Of a stretch of DNA of 64,000 nt, positions 9,062-18,140 are shown one piece after another. Under the pieces are notes generated by a model that worked only from the letters and a program-made list of their open reading frames with translations, ran no database searches and had not been told where the DNA came from. This DNA is from a bacterium (lineage in GTDB: Bacteria > Electryoneota > Electryoneia > Electryoneales > Electryoneaceae): positions 3,168,001 to 3,232,000 of the forward strand of contig OY769902.1 in assembly GCA_963669175.1 (NCBI GenBank), given 5' to 3'. The translations under genes and the position numbers were made by a program. Every line of letters starts with the position of its first letter. The first letter of the stretch is position 1.

Positions 9062-12043
9062 ATGTCACATCATACGCCGCCACTTGTTAGAGGTCGAAAC
9101 ACAGGTTCGATATGGATCGCGTTTGTTCTGCTCCTGTGTCTCATTGTCCCAGCTTTCACACAACCGTTAACCGTCAATCTTACTTCTGAAAGAGACGGGG
9201 TGTTGCTTTCCTGGAATGCTCCGGAGGGCCAGTCCCGCTGGGTTGTGTTACGTTCGCTGGACCCGAAAATGCTGGCGCCGGATACTCTGGCATACACATC
9301 CAGCAGCTCTTTTTTTGATGCTGAAGGTCTGACGTTGCCCGGACAGCACTGGTTCTACAGGGTTATTCCATGGATTCCTGGGGAAGTTCCAAACAACCCG
9401 GTCATGGTCGAAGACTTTGAAACCGGTGAGGTGGAATTGTCCAGCTATCCGGGTGAAGATGAAGATCCAAACGACTATGATGTGATTGCAGATGGGGCTG
9501 GAGATTCCCAGTATTGCCTGCATTTATACGGCAATACATGGAAGGTACAGGATATTGAAGACCAGCAGACGGATTCAAGCACTGTCTGGGCCGTTGACAT
9601 GAAAACAACGGATGTCAGCAGTTGGCAAATGATAGGTTTCAGCGACGGCACAGATCAGATGTATTACCTGATCTGGGGGCATTCTAGCGCCAATACCGAC
9701 CCGATTATTACCACGTATTTAGGGTGGTTCCCGGAAGATCAGTGGATAACCGCCCATATGCCGATAGGAGAGGACTGGCACGGACGTTTCGGTACCTACC
9801 CGGAGATCACAGAGGTTTACTACATCAACGATACCGATGATAATGACGGAGAGTGGTACATCGACAACCTGCGCGATGCTTCGGATGCCGTGGCGCTCGC
9901 TCCAGGAGCAAGGTTCTCCTTTGTCGCGCTGACACCGGACCGTGTGGACTCGATCACCTATCAATTCCAGAACTTTTCTCGTGATGATGACTCAAACAGG
10001 ATGGATTTCCTCTGGAGTTTCGGAGATGGGCATGTTTCAGTGGAAGAAAATCCGAGGCACACATATCCACGGGGCGGAAGGTGGCCGGTAACGCTCCGAG
10101 TTGAAGATGACCAGAACAACTGGGATATTGCAGCGACGGCTATCGAAGATGCACCATTGACACTACAATCCGATTTTGTCATGAGCTTTGTTGGCGATGT
10201 CATGCTCGGGCGCGGCTACCTGAATGAGGGCGGCCTTATTCAAACCTATGGCGTGGATTACATGTTTGATGATGTTCGTGATTATATCATCGCCGCAGAC
10301 CTTGCCCTGTGCAATCTTGAAAACCCTGCCACCTACGCTGAAACCGCCCATCCCACGAAAACAATCTGGTTCAAAATGCGACCTGAAGATGTGGTTGGTG
10401 TGGTGAATGCTGGCTTCGATTATGCTACCCTGGCAAATAATCACATTATGGATTACATGGTTCAGGGGATGCATGAGACAGAAACGATAGCCTCCATGAA
10501 TGGGTTGTTGTATTCAGGTATCGGCGATAATGATGTTGAAGCACGAATGCCGCTGTACCTTTCCTATGGTGGAAAAAGTGTGGCCGTATTGAGTTCATGT
10601 AATCGTGATGGGCATTATAATTACGCCAATCCGCAACCGTTCCTTGATGCTGGACGTGACAGACCGGGGTTCGCGCTTTGGAATCGCAGTTATGTTGAGA
10701 CCCAGGTTCCACTGGCTGAAGAAAACGCTGACCTGGTACTGGCTTATGTTCACTGCGGGAGTGAGTATTCCCGGATTCCCAAAGACGGAGATAAAAACGA
10801 CTATTACTATGTGGATGAAGTCAGCCAGGGCGAAGATCCGGTAGTATTTGAACTGTTGCCGGATTCAGGCGAAGTCGCATTGCGTCATTATGCAATTGAC
10901 CTGGGCGCTGATCTGGTTGTGTGTCATCATCCGCATGTTATTCAGGGGGTTGAGATTTATAATGGTAAGTTGATCGCCCATTCCCTTGGCAACTTTGTTA
11001 TGGACTTGAACTACAATGAAACCATGCCGACCATGATTCTGGAAACCCATGTGGGTGATACGGTTGATGCTGCTATCGTTCGGCCCGGCTGGATCGAAGA
11101 GTGGGTGCCAAAAATGGCGACTGGAGAGTTTGCCAACAACTTGCTGGACTACCTGACTCATTATAGTAAGTTGTTGAATACTCAACTGTTGCGTTTTCCC
11201 GATGACGAGGAACCCATCGCTCATGTTATGTGGGATACGACTTACGCACGAGCTGAAGAAAACCATGATATCACGGTTGGGATGACCCAGTTCTTTAACC
11301 AGTATCGCACCCGTCCGGTCAAGATGGAAGGGGATGGGTATACTTCCACGATTTCTGTTGATGGTGTTGGCGGGACAGTGCTGGTGCGTTATGGCCGTGA
11401 TGTGATCCTGTGGGGGAACATGGAAGATGAAGGCGCACAACCGTGGAATTTGAATTCAAACTATGAAAGCTACGACGATTCCTATTCGCATGCTGGTGAA
11501 CGAAGCGTACGTCTGAATGTGCCCTATACTGCCGGAGATAATTTTGTAACCCTATTTGAACGCAGAGTTCGTATTTATCCGGATGAAGGACAACATAGTT
11601 TCCTGGGATGGATAGCAACTGATAATGCCGATGCTGCTGAACTTCAGGTCAGATTCTATTATGATCGTTCTGATGGCGACTATAGCCAGCAGGAGATACC
11701 ACTGTCACTGGATGGCGATAATGATTGGACAGCAGCCTGGACAGACTTTGACGTACTTGCTGGAGAACGACGTTATCTAAATGTCCGTTGCAGCCTGTAC
11801 CCGCCGAACTCAGGAACCGCACAGGCCTGGTATGATGATCTTGCCTTTGTCTGGTGGGAAGACTGGGTAGAAGTGGATGGCAATGGGGAAGTGGAAGTGC
11901 CCTGGCCGAATGGCTATCGGTATGTTCAGGTACGTTCCGATCAGAACTCGGATGCTGTAAACATTGAATGGACCAACGAATGGCCCACAGGAGTAAATGC
12001 CTGGTCCGGCGTAGAACAGAATCAGGGACGTGTGATGAGGTAA
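9062..12043 (+). CDS. Secreted multidomain CapA (PGA_cap metallophosphatase) protein with PKD and carbohydrate-binding-like domains
   Basis: Signal peptide; WSFGDG...NPRHTY (PKD); GDVMLGR, NLE, LANNHIMDY, HHPHVIQG, SLGNF (CapA). Confidence 0.85.
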   Translation: MSHHTPPLVRGRNTGSIWIAFVLLLCLIVPAFTQPLTVNLTSERDGVLLSWNAPEGQSRWVVLRSLDPKMLAPDTLAYTSSSSFFDAEGLTLPGQHWFYRVIPWIPGEVPNNPVMVEDFETGEVELSSYPGEDEDPNDYDVIADGAGDSQYCLHLYGNTWKVQDIEDQQTDSSTVWAVDMKTTDVSSWQMIGFSDGTDQMYYLIWGHSSANTDPIITTYLGWFPEDQWITAHMPIGEDWHGRFGTYPEITEVYYINDTDDNDGEWYIDNLRDASDAVALAPGARFSFVALTPDRVDSITYQFQNFSRDDDSNRMDFLWSFGDGHVSVEENPRHTYPRGGRWPVTLRVEDDQNNWDIAATAIEDAPLTLQSDFVMSFVGDVMLGRGYLNEGGLIQTYGVDYMFDDVRDYIIAADLALCNLENPATYAETAHPTKTIWFKMRPEDVVGVVNAGFDYATLANNHIMDYMVQGMHETETIASMNGLLYSGIGDNDVEARMPLYLSYGGKSVAVLSSCNRDGHYNYANPQPFLDAGRDRPGFALWNRSYVETQVPLAEENADLVLAYVHCGSEYSRIPKDGDKNDYYYVDEVSQGEDPVVFELLPDSGEVALRHYAIDLGADLVVCHHPHVIQGVEIYNGKLIAHSLGNFVMDLNYNETMPTMILETHVGDTVDAAIVRPGWIEEWVPKMATGEFANNLLDYLTHYSKLLNTQLLRFPDDEEPIAHVMWDTTYARAEENHDITVGMTQFFNQYRTRPVKMEGDGYTSTISVDGVGGTVLVRYGRDVILWGNMEDEGAQPWNLNSNYESYDDSYSHAGERSVRLNVPYTAGDNFVTLFERRVRIYPDEGQHSFLGWIATDNADAAELQVRFYYDRSDGDYSQQEIPLSLDGDNDWTAAWTDFDVLAGERRYLNVRCSLYPPNSGTAQAWYDDLAFVWWEDWVEVDGNGEVEVPWPNGYRYVQVRSDQNSDAVNIEWTNEWPTGVNAWSGVEQNQGRVMR

Positions 12044-12070
12044 ACACAGACTTCACGTAAGTCATTCTTC

Positions 12071-12104
12071 AGCGCTTCTGCCATGTCGGTGGAAGCGCTT
12101 TTTT
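12071..12104 (+). terminator. Intrinsic terminator
   Basis: AGCGCTTCTGCC/GGTGGAAGCGCT stem followed by T-run. Confidence 0.8.
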
Positions 12105-12314
12105 CTTGGTACATAGCCGCAGTAATGCGCTACCATTCGCATGGTTGATAAGCGTTTGACCTGATGTGTGTCCCTTCAGCGAAGCGGGGGCGGAACAGGA
12201 TAGATCCGGCTACAAACAAATCTGTGCTGGAAGGTTTCTTCTGAAACGGACTCTTGTGTTCTGTGTCAACTGGCAATATATTAGCTAATAACACGGATTG
12301 CTTCATGTGTCTTG

Positions 12315-12764
12315 TTAGCTGCCGTTGTTCTTTATCAATTGTTCCAGGTTTCCATTCACCTGGTTCAGGCTGGAAATCAACTCCATGATAGCGTTGTCCG
12401 GCAGTCCATCAAGAGACGATGTAATCAAGTCGGTTGTTCCGGTGATCAGATCTCTTCTGATCTGTTTTGCACGATCTGTCAGGTAGTATCGAGTGCAGCG
12501 ACGGTCCTTTTTATCCTGTTGAGTTTCGACCAGATCATCACGTTCCATGCGATGCAAAGTGTTGGCCATTGTTGGTTGTTCGACCATGTTTCGCTGGCAT
12601 AATTCCAACTGAGTCAACCCGTCTTCTTCATAGAGAGAGAAGAGAGCTGAGAGTTGCCCGGTCGATACATTCTGAGCTGAAAGCTGTTTGTCAAGAGCGA
12701 TCTGCATCCTGCGATTCAATAGGCCAATCAGGAAAATAAGTGACTGTTTTCGCTCGAATTTCAT
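12315..12764 (-). CDS. MarR family transcriptional regulator
   Basis: GLTQLEL...LHRMERDDLV...DRR...LTD winged-helix pattern, 149 aa. Confidence 0.9.
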   Translation of the reverse strand: MKFERKQSLIFLIGLLNRRMQIALDKQLSAQNVSTGQLSALFSLYEEDGLTQLELCQRNMVEQPTMANTLHRMERDDLVETQQDKKDRRCTRYYLTDRAKQIRRDLITGTTDLITSSLDGLPDNAIMELISSLNQVNGNLEQLIKNNGS

Positions 12765-13659
12765 GTGTCAATGCCTTTCCTTGAACAGGGAGTAGGCCTC
12801 TGTGGCTGTACGCTCTTGCTGCACCGGATTTGCCAGTAGATTAGAGAGTTTTCTCCTCACGTTTTCATGAACAATGCAAGTGATTCAGAACAATTGATTG
12901 AGGAGAAATTTCCTCTATTACGATCCAAAAAACTATAAAAACAATAGTCTAATTTGAGCAAAATCACAGGTCTAGGTCGCCCAATGCGAAGCGCTGCCAT
13001 TCTATAGCCGACATCCTGTATATCCCACTCATTTTTCAGTAACATCCCAAGCCAGTTCCAGAAACGAGATCAACTCTTTGAATTCGTTACTGCTGTCAAA
13101 ATGTATAGCATGCAATGTAAAAAGCATATGTTTCGAAGTAAAGAGAAGAGAGAGTTCACTGCCTTATTACGCTTACTTCTTACTCACAGGTCTGTCAAGT
13201 TTCAGATTGACACCAGGTTTCCACTTATTTTCACACTCAGTATTCCAGATAAACGCCTCATAATACTCCGCTTAAACTGGAATCCATGGACTGAGTATTG
13301 TGGCGCAATGTAGTGAGTTGCTGCATAGCATTATCACGGAAGGACTGGAAGGACCAGGGGGATTGTTATTATAAATCCGGGAGATGAACCAGCGTATTCT
13401 GGTCAGAAAAATATCGGGGTTGATGTGTTTATACGGTCGTAATGGTATGTACAAGGTTTTGTTACTACATGCTGTTAGCTCAAGGATAACTCTGCGACAA
13501 ACTAGTACCGTATATCGAGAATCAGCTTTGATTTACTAAGGAATATGGTGAAGAGGAGAGCAGAAATTACTATCAGGAACGACAGGACGACATGCGTAAG
13601 TAACGCCCAAGCAATACGCAGATAGTGTGAGGGTTTGATGTATCAATAGGACGCATTTC

Positions 13660-13929
13660 CTAGTGGACCGGATCACATGAATCGATGGATACAGAGCTGC
13701 GAATCATCGTTCAGGACAAGGCGCATTCCTGAAGTCATAGCGGGTTATTTCAAAGGAATGGAACGCAGTCATGAACGATGAGGCGCGCTCCCTTCGGGCT
13801 TGTCACGAGGCGGCTGTCTGCTGCGTTGATTTCATTTACAGTAACCCGCTACACCTGCATGAATTCGCCTTGCAGCCAACTCGCCCGTGACAAGCAGAAC
13901 TCCTCGATTCATGTGATCCGGTCCACTAG
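13660..13929. mobile_element. 270-bp non-autonomous palindromic element (MITE/REP-doublet-like)
   Basis: Perfect 26-bp terminal inverted repeats CTAGTGGACCGGATCACATGAATCGA; two inverted internal units AAGGCG..TAGCGGGTTA..AACGCAG; no ORF. Confidence 0.8.
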
Positions 13930-14094
13930 CCCGAATATTTCATGAACGAAACATGGATAATCATCTTAACACATTTCATATCAACACATTACAACTGATT
14001 CATACAGCATTTTTCAGGGGACAGTTTGCTCCGGTATCCCTTTGCGTGTCTATTCCCTGTTTCGCTGGCAATATGAGGCTGAGTATCGGCAACC

Positions 14095-14342
14095 GCCCCG
14101 GCAGGGGCAACCTGTATTAGCCCCGGGCAGCCGCCGTCAGTTTGGCGGCTACCCGGGGAGATAATGCGCACCATATATTTACTCCGGAAGGAGTAACCTG
14201 ATAATTATCAAAAGTATACAGTGGAAATATTCAGGCAACCCGCTGCCGGGGTTGGCAAGTAGCGTACATCCTATTCCCACCGTGAGCGCCAAACAGACGG
14301 CGCTGGACGGTGGGCTAATACAGAGAACCACTGCCGTGGTTC
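14095..14342. repeat. Inverted doublet of ~106-111 bp composite REP-like units
   Basis: Unit 1 at 14095-14200 (+) and unit 2 at 14232-14342 (-) share hairpin-CTGTATTAGCCC-long hairpin (GCCGTCwGTTTGGCG)-hairpin-CCTG architecture. Confidence 0.75.
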
Positions 14343-14509
14343 TTGTACTGGCCGTTCCATCAAGTATCACATTGAAATTGCCAGTGGTGAAATCTTCGGG
14401 CTAGAGCAAATCCGTTGCGAACCATCCAGACATTCAGGAATAGAAACGATCTCATTGAGAGATTTCCTCCTGCCTTTCAAGAAGGAAAAGACCAATTGAA
14501 ATGGCGTGG

Positions 14510-14545
14510 CGCCATAATGGCAGTTTAAGAACTGTCAATATGACA
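14510..14545. promoter_or_regulatory. Putative enhancer (bEBP UAS) pair for hsp20
   Basis: CGCCA-TAA-TGGCA (14510-22) and TGTCA-ATA-TGACA (14533-45), ~100-130 bp upstream of a sigma54 site. Confidence 0.55.
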
Positions 14546-14642
14546 TAAATGGGGATTTTCTGGCAGAAAGCCTTGTGTGGTGCCGCAGGTGTTTAAATGT
14601 AAGTAGCGTAATTATAATATATAAAGTGTGGTAATCTCGTTT

Positions 14643-14658
14643 TGGCACGGCCGTTGCA
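14643..14658 (+). promoter_or_regulatory. Sigma54 (-24/-12) promoter for hsp20
   Basis: TGGCACG-GCCG-TTGCA, perfect consensus. Confidence 0.85.
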
Positions 14659-14723
14659 AATGGGTCAGGCAAGTTGCTGAAGTAAACACAAACGACACAA
14701 CACACATAGTGGAGGACAGAAAG

Positions 14724-15167
14724 ATGACACTCGTACGTTACAACCCGAATCGTGAGTTTGACATGGTCCGTCGCACCCTGAACCACATGATGAATCAGTG
14801 GACTGAAGGGGAGCATGATGAAGATGTGGTCGAAAAAGTCTGGCGCCCGCGCGTAGACATCTTTGAAACAGAAGCCGGTTACCAGGTTGAGGCCGATCTT
14901 CCCGGCATGACCACAGAAGACCTGTCCATTGACCTGGAAGACGGTCTGCTGACGATCAGTGGTGAGCGTAAGGCCCCGGAGGGCCAGAAGGAAGACTGCT
15001 GCCATGTCAACGAACGTGTACACGGCAAATTCCGTCGCACCTTCAGGTTACACAATTCCATCGATACGGAAAAGATCGATGCAGGGATGAAGCATGGTGT
15101 TCTGGTCATCAACCTGCCGAAGATGGAGCAGGCGAAGCCGCGCAAGATCAAGATTAAGGCTAACTAG
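14724..15167 (+). CDS. Hsp20/alpha-crystallin small heat-shock protein
   Basis: PRVDIFE, ADLPG, LTISGER, GKFRRTFRL, GVLVINLPK, KIKI tail; GGAGG RBS. Confidence 0.95.
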   Translation: MTLVRYNPNREFDMVRRTLNHMMNQWTEGEHDEDVVEKVWRPRVDIFETEAGYQVEADLPGMTTEDLSIDLEDGLLTISGERKAPEGQKEDCCHVNERVHGKFRRTFRLHNSIDTEKIDAGMKHGVLVINLPKMEQAKPRKIKIKAN

Positions 15168-15183
15168 CGGGCCGATCCACTAG
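15164..15183. repeat. 20-bp collapsed CTAGTGGACC-family palindrome overlapping the hsp20 stop codon
   Basis: CTAGCGGGCCGATCCACTAG matches the fused element ends CTAGTGGACCGGTCCACTAG at 17/20. Confidence 0.5.
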
Positions 15184-15208
15184 CCCTCTGGCATTCCAGA
15201 TAGAACTG

Positions 15209-15241
15209 AAAAGCCCCCTTCGGAACGGTCCGGAGGGGGCT
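15209..15241. terminator. Terminator between convergent hsp20 and proline dehydrogenase
   Basis: AGCCCCCTTCGGA/TCCGGAGGGGGCT stem with A-run on the left. Confidence 0.75.
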
Positions 15242-15266
15242 GAATTGTCTCGTAAGGTTCTACGAT

Positions 15267-16166
15267 TTAAAGATGGAATATATCCTTGAATACATACCCG
15301 GCAACTTGCGGATTTTCTTTCAGGCGTCGGGTTGAATAGGCGTACCAGTCTTTTCCGAAGGGCACGTAAATACGCATCGGATGTCCATCTTTCAGGATCT
15401 GGCGGCGCAGGTGTTGTGTAACACCAAGCAACATCTGGAACTCATATTGCTCTTTCGGGATACCGTGTTTCTCCAGGATACGGTACGCTTCCCAGATCAG
15501 CATTTCGTCATGGGTTGCGATGCCAACAAAGAGCCCGTTGGTAAGAGCTTTTTCCAGCAGCAACAGGTAGTTTTTCCTGATGATCTCATAATCCTTAAAA
15601 GCGATCTCAGCCGGTTCCACGTAAATCCCTTTACACAGCCGGATATTGGCTTTCATTGGAATTAACGTTTCCTCGAGGTCTTTAAGTGAACGCCGCATAT
15701 AAGCCTGTATTACGACGCCTGTCTTCGGGTATTGCTTTCGAAGATCAGTTAAAAGGTCGTATGTAAGCGTGGTATAGGGGCTGTCTTCCATGTCGATTCG
15801 TACGAAATTATCCTGTTCTTTCAATTTCGCGATGACTTTAAGATAGTTTTCACGGCAGAATTGTGGATCCATCCCCAGGCCGAATTGAGTCGGCTTTATG
15901 GAAATATTGGCGTCCAGTTTCTCTGTCTTGATAGCCTCTACTACTTTCAGGTACATGGCAACAGCCCTTCGGGACTGCTGTTTCATGGTAACGGATTCAC
16001 CCAGAACATCGATCGTGGCACGACACCCCTGCCGATTCAACTGGCGGGCAGTGTCAATGGCGTGTTGCAGTGTTTCCCCGGCGATATATGGATCGGCAAA
16101 CTGACGAACCAGCCGTTTGGGAACCAGTGGCATGGCAGCAACAACCATATTGTCCAGTAAACTCAT
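15267..16166 (-). CDS. Monofunctional proline dehydrogenase
   Basis: RIDMED, RLCKGIY, IATHD, EFQMLLG, RIYVPFG, YSTRRLKE; AGGAGG RBS. Confidence 0.93.
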   Translation of the reverse strand: MSLLDNMVVAAMPLVPKRLVRQFADPYIAGETLQHAIDTARQLNRQGCRATIDVLGESVTMKQQSRRAVAMYLKVVEAIKTEKLDANISIKPTQFGLGMDPQFCRENYLKVIAKLKEQDNFVRIDMEDSPYTTLTYDLLTDLRKQYPKTGVVIQAYMRRSLKDLEETLIPMKANIRLCKGIYVEPAEIAFKDYEIIRKNYLLLLEKALTNGLFVGIATHDEMLIWEAYRILEKHGIPKEQYEFQMLLGVTQHLRRQILKDGHPMRIYVPFGKDWYAYSTRRLKENPQVAGYVFKDIFHL

Positions 16167-16293
16167 CGCTCCTCCTGTACTCCCAGGTAAGCAGTCGTAT
16201 GTAGCGTGTAACATGAATGGTAAACAAACAACAGCGAAATATAGGGGTATGACATGATATGGGGCAATCGCAGTTTTTTGGAGGAAGGTTTCG

Positions 16294-17475
16294 CTAGGCT
16301 TTTACTTTTCTGTAGTTTACGCCTTTCCAGATAACTGGCCAACGAACCAGAACTGCGAGTACGGTGAAGCTGTGGAGGAAGATCTGAAATAACTCCAGCA
16401 TAATCAGGTCGCTGAAATGCACCCTGCGGTTCAACAGGCTGGAGACACGGAGCACCATTGCGGCAGTAGCCAGGGAGTAAATCAGTAGCCCTCCAAGGGC
16501 GCCCCATGGTTGAATAAATATCATGGCAGGCAACATGACTCGAGTAACAAAGATGATCAAGAACAGGAAATAATTAAAAAAGTGAAAACTGTTTATTGAA
16601 GTTGCCCATCGGCGTCGTTGCTGCCACAGCTTGCGCAGAGTGGGTTGTGGAGCCGTTTGCACACGTGCATCCGGGGAAACCGTGATAGCGAGATGGCCCC
16701 CAGATATATTTATCATGCTCAATAGCAAATCAACATCTTCAATCAGCGAGGAACCTATTTTTCTGAACCCACCGCATTCCTTATAAAGGGAAGCCTTGAA
16801 TGCCAGGTTGTTGCCGGAGACTATAGCAGGACGGATGAGGCGCCAATTCGTCTTAAAGCCGTTCTTTTCTTTGTTCGCTGTCAGTCTGGCGCTGAATGAT
16901 GTTAAACCGAAGGCATATCCATAATAATAACGAAAATCAATATCTTGCAGCCTTGTCAGCCAATTACTTTCTTCACTCGATTCGGAATCTATGCTGGGAA
17001 TACCTCCTACAGCGATCACATTCTCAGTGAAGCGAGCCAGCAGCGTTCGCACCCATAATTCAGGCACAACACAATCCGCATCCGTCAGCAGGACATATTC
17101 TTCATCGTGTAGTTGATCCAGGCCTTCGACTAGCGCTTGCACTTTGCCCTTGAAATTCGGATCAGGCTCGGTAATGTGGATGACTTGCGTTTCGAAGGGC
17201 ATATCCGAAGCAAACCGTTCCATGATGTTCCCGGTATTATCCTGGGAAAGATGGTCGACGAGGATCAAGCGCAGTTTGTCGTCCGGATAATCCTGGGAGG
17301 CTAGAGACATCAGGCAGTCCATCAGGTTGTCTTCTTCATCACGCGCACATACCACGATGGCAACCGATGGAGTTTTAGGAGCAACAGGAAACCGGTACCA
17401 TGTATTTGCGATAAATATGCTCATGATAAGCAGGCAAACTGCGCCAATGGCTAATGGTATCCAAGGGGAAATCAT
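16294..17475 (-). CDS. Membrane GT2 glycosyltransferase
   Basis: TDADC, EDVD, QRRRW motifs; N- and C-terminal TM helices; WKG tail. Confidence 0.88.
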   Translation of the reverse strand: MISPWIPLAIGAVCLLIMSIFIANTWYRFPVAPKTPSVAIVVCARDEEDNLMDCLMSLASQDYPDDKLRLILVDHLSQDNTGNIMERFASDMPFETQVIHITEPDPNFKGKVQALVEGLDQLHDEEYVLLTDADCVVPELWVRTLLARFTENVIAVGGIPSIDSESSEESNWLTRLQDIDFRYYYGYAFGLTSFSARLTANKEKNGFKTNWRLIRPAIVSGNNLAFKASLYKECGGFRKIGSSLIEDVDLLLSMINISGGHLAITVSPDARVQTAPQPTLRKLWQQRRRWATSINSFHFFNYFLFLIIFVTRVMLPAMIFIQPWGALGGLLIYSLATAAMVLRVSSLLNRRVHFSDLIMLELFQIFLHSFTVLAVLVRWPVIWKGVNYRKVKA

Positions 17476-18140
17476 TCATCCAATCCAAGTTGCAGCTCTC
17501 GCCAGGAACCTACGCTAAGACCTTTATCCTGCCAACGTGGGATAGTCGTTTGCAGGACATCGCTGAGTATTGCACCGTTTCGGCTGCCATCATGCAAAAC
17601 CACAATGTCACCCGGAGTAGCAAGAGTATACAAATCTTCGATCAAGATGTCACGTGTTTTTCCTTCAAGCCAGTCACCGACGACCAGCGTGAACTCTAGC
17701 AGGAGCGCATTCATTTCCCTGGCACTACGGACAACTAGTGGACCAAGCCTGCCATAAGGTGGTCGCAAAAGGAGTGGGGTGGTGAAGGGAAGTTGTGTCA
17801 TATCCGGGATAAAGGATGGGTCCATTTGGTAATGACGATTACGAGCTCCACGAAACCACCAGGTTTGATGAGTGAGACCATGGTATCCGATGCCGTGTCC
17901 CCGTGTTGTCATCTCTTCCAGCAGCTTTTCTGAACCTTTAACGCGGTTACCCTGGACGAAAAACAGGGCGGAGATACCGTATGTTTCAAGAATATCCAGA
18001 ACTGCGGGGGTGGCGTCGGGATCAGGACCATCATCGAACGTCAGGATCAGGGGGCCATTCTGTTTATCGGGATGTCCCCATATCACCGATGGGAACAGGC
18101 GCTCTAACAGCCGCGGTGTTCTGTAAACGCCGGGATTCAC
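17472..18140 (-). CDS. Polysaccharide deacetylase (CE4/NodB)
   Basis: LTFDDGP, HGLTH, RPPYG, VLHDG. Confidence 0.9.
   Translation of the reverse strand: MNPGVYRTPRLLERLFPSVIWGHPDKQNGPLILTFDDGPDPDATPAVLDILETYGISALFFVQGNRVKGSEKLLEEMTTRGHGIGYHGLTHQTWWFRGARNRHYQMDPSFIPDMTQLPFTTPLLLRPPYGRLGPLVVRSAREMNALLLEFTLVVGDWLEGKTRDILIEDLYTLATPGDIVVLHDGSRNGAILSDVLQTTIPRWQDKGLSVGSWRELQLGLDE

Noticed and set aside
12279-12290. Palindrome TATTAGCTAATA downstream of marR as an operator
   Set aside because: No gene start is positioned to be regulated, and I saw no second copy upstream of marR
12857-14370. Short 60-70 aa ORFs in the marR-hsp20 gap
   Set aside because: No convincing RBS or motifs; several overlap palindromic repeats
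17735-17744. CTAGTGGACC half-site inside the deacetylase gene
   Set aside because: No partner inverted end nearby and the reading frame is normal; probably chance
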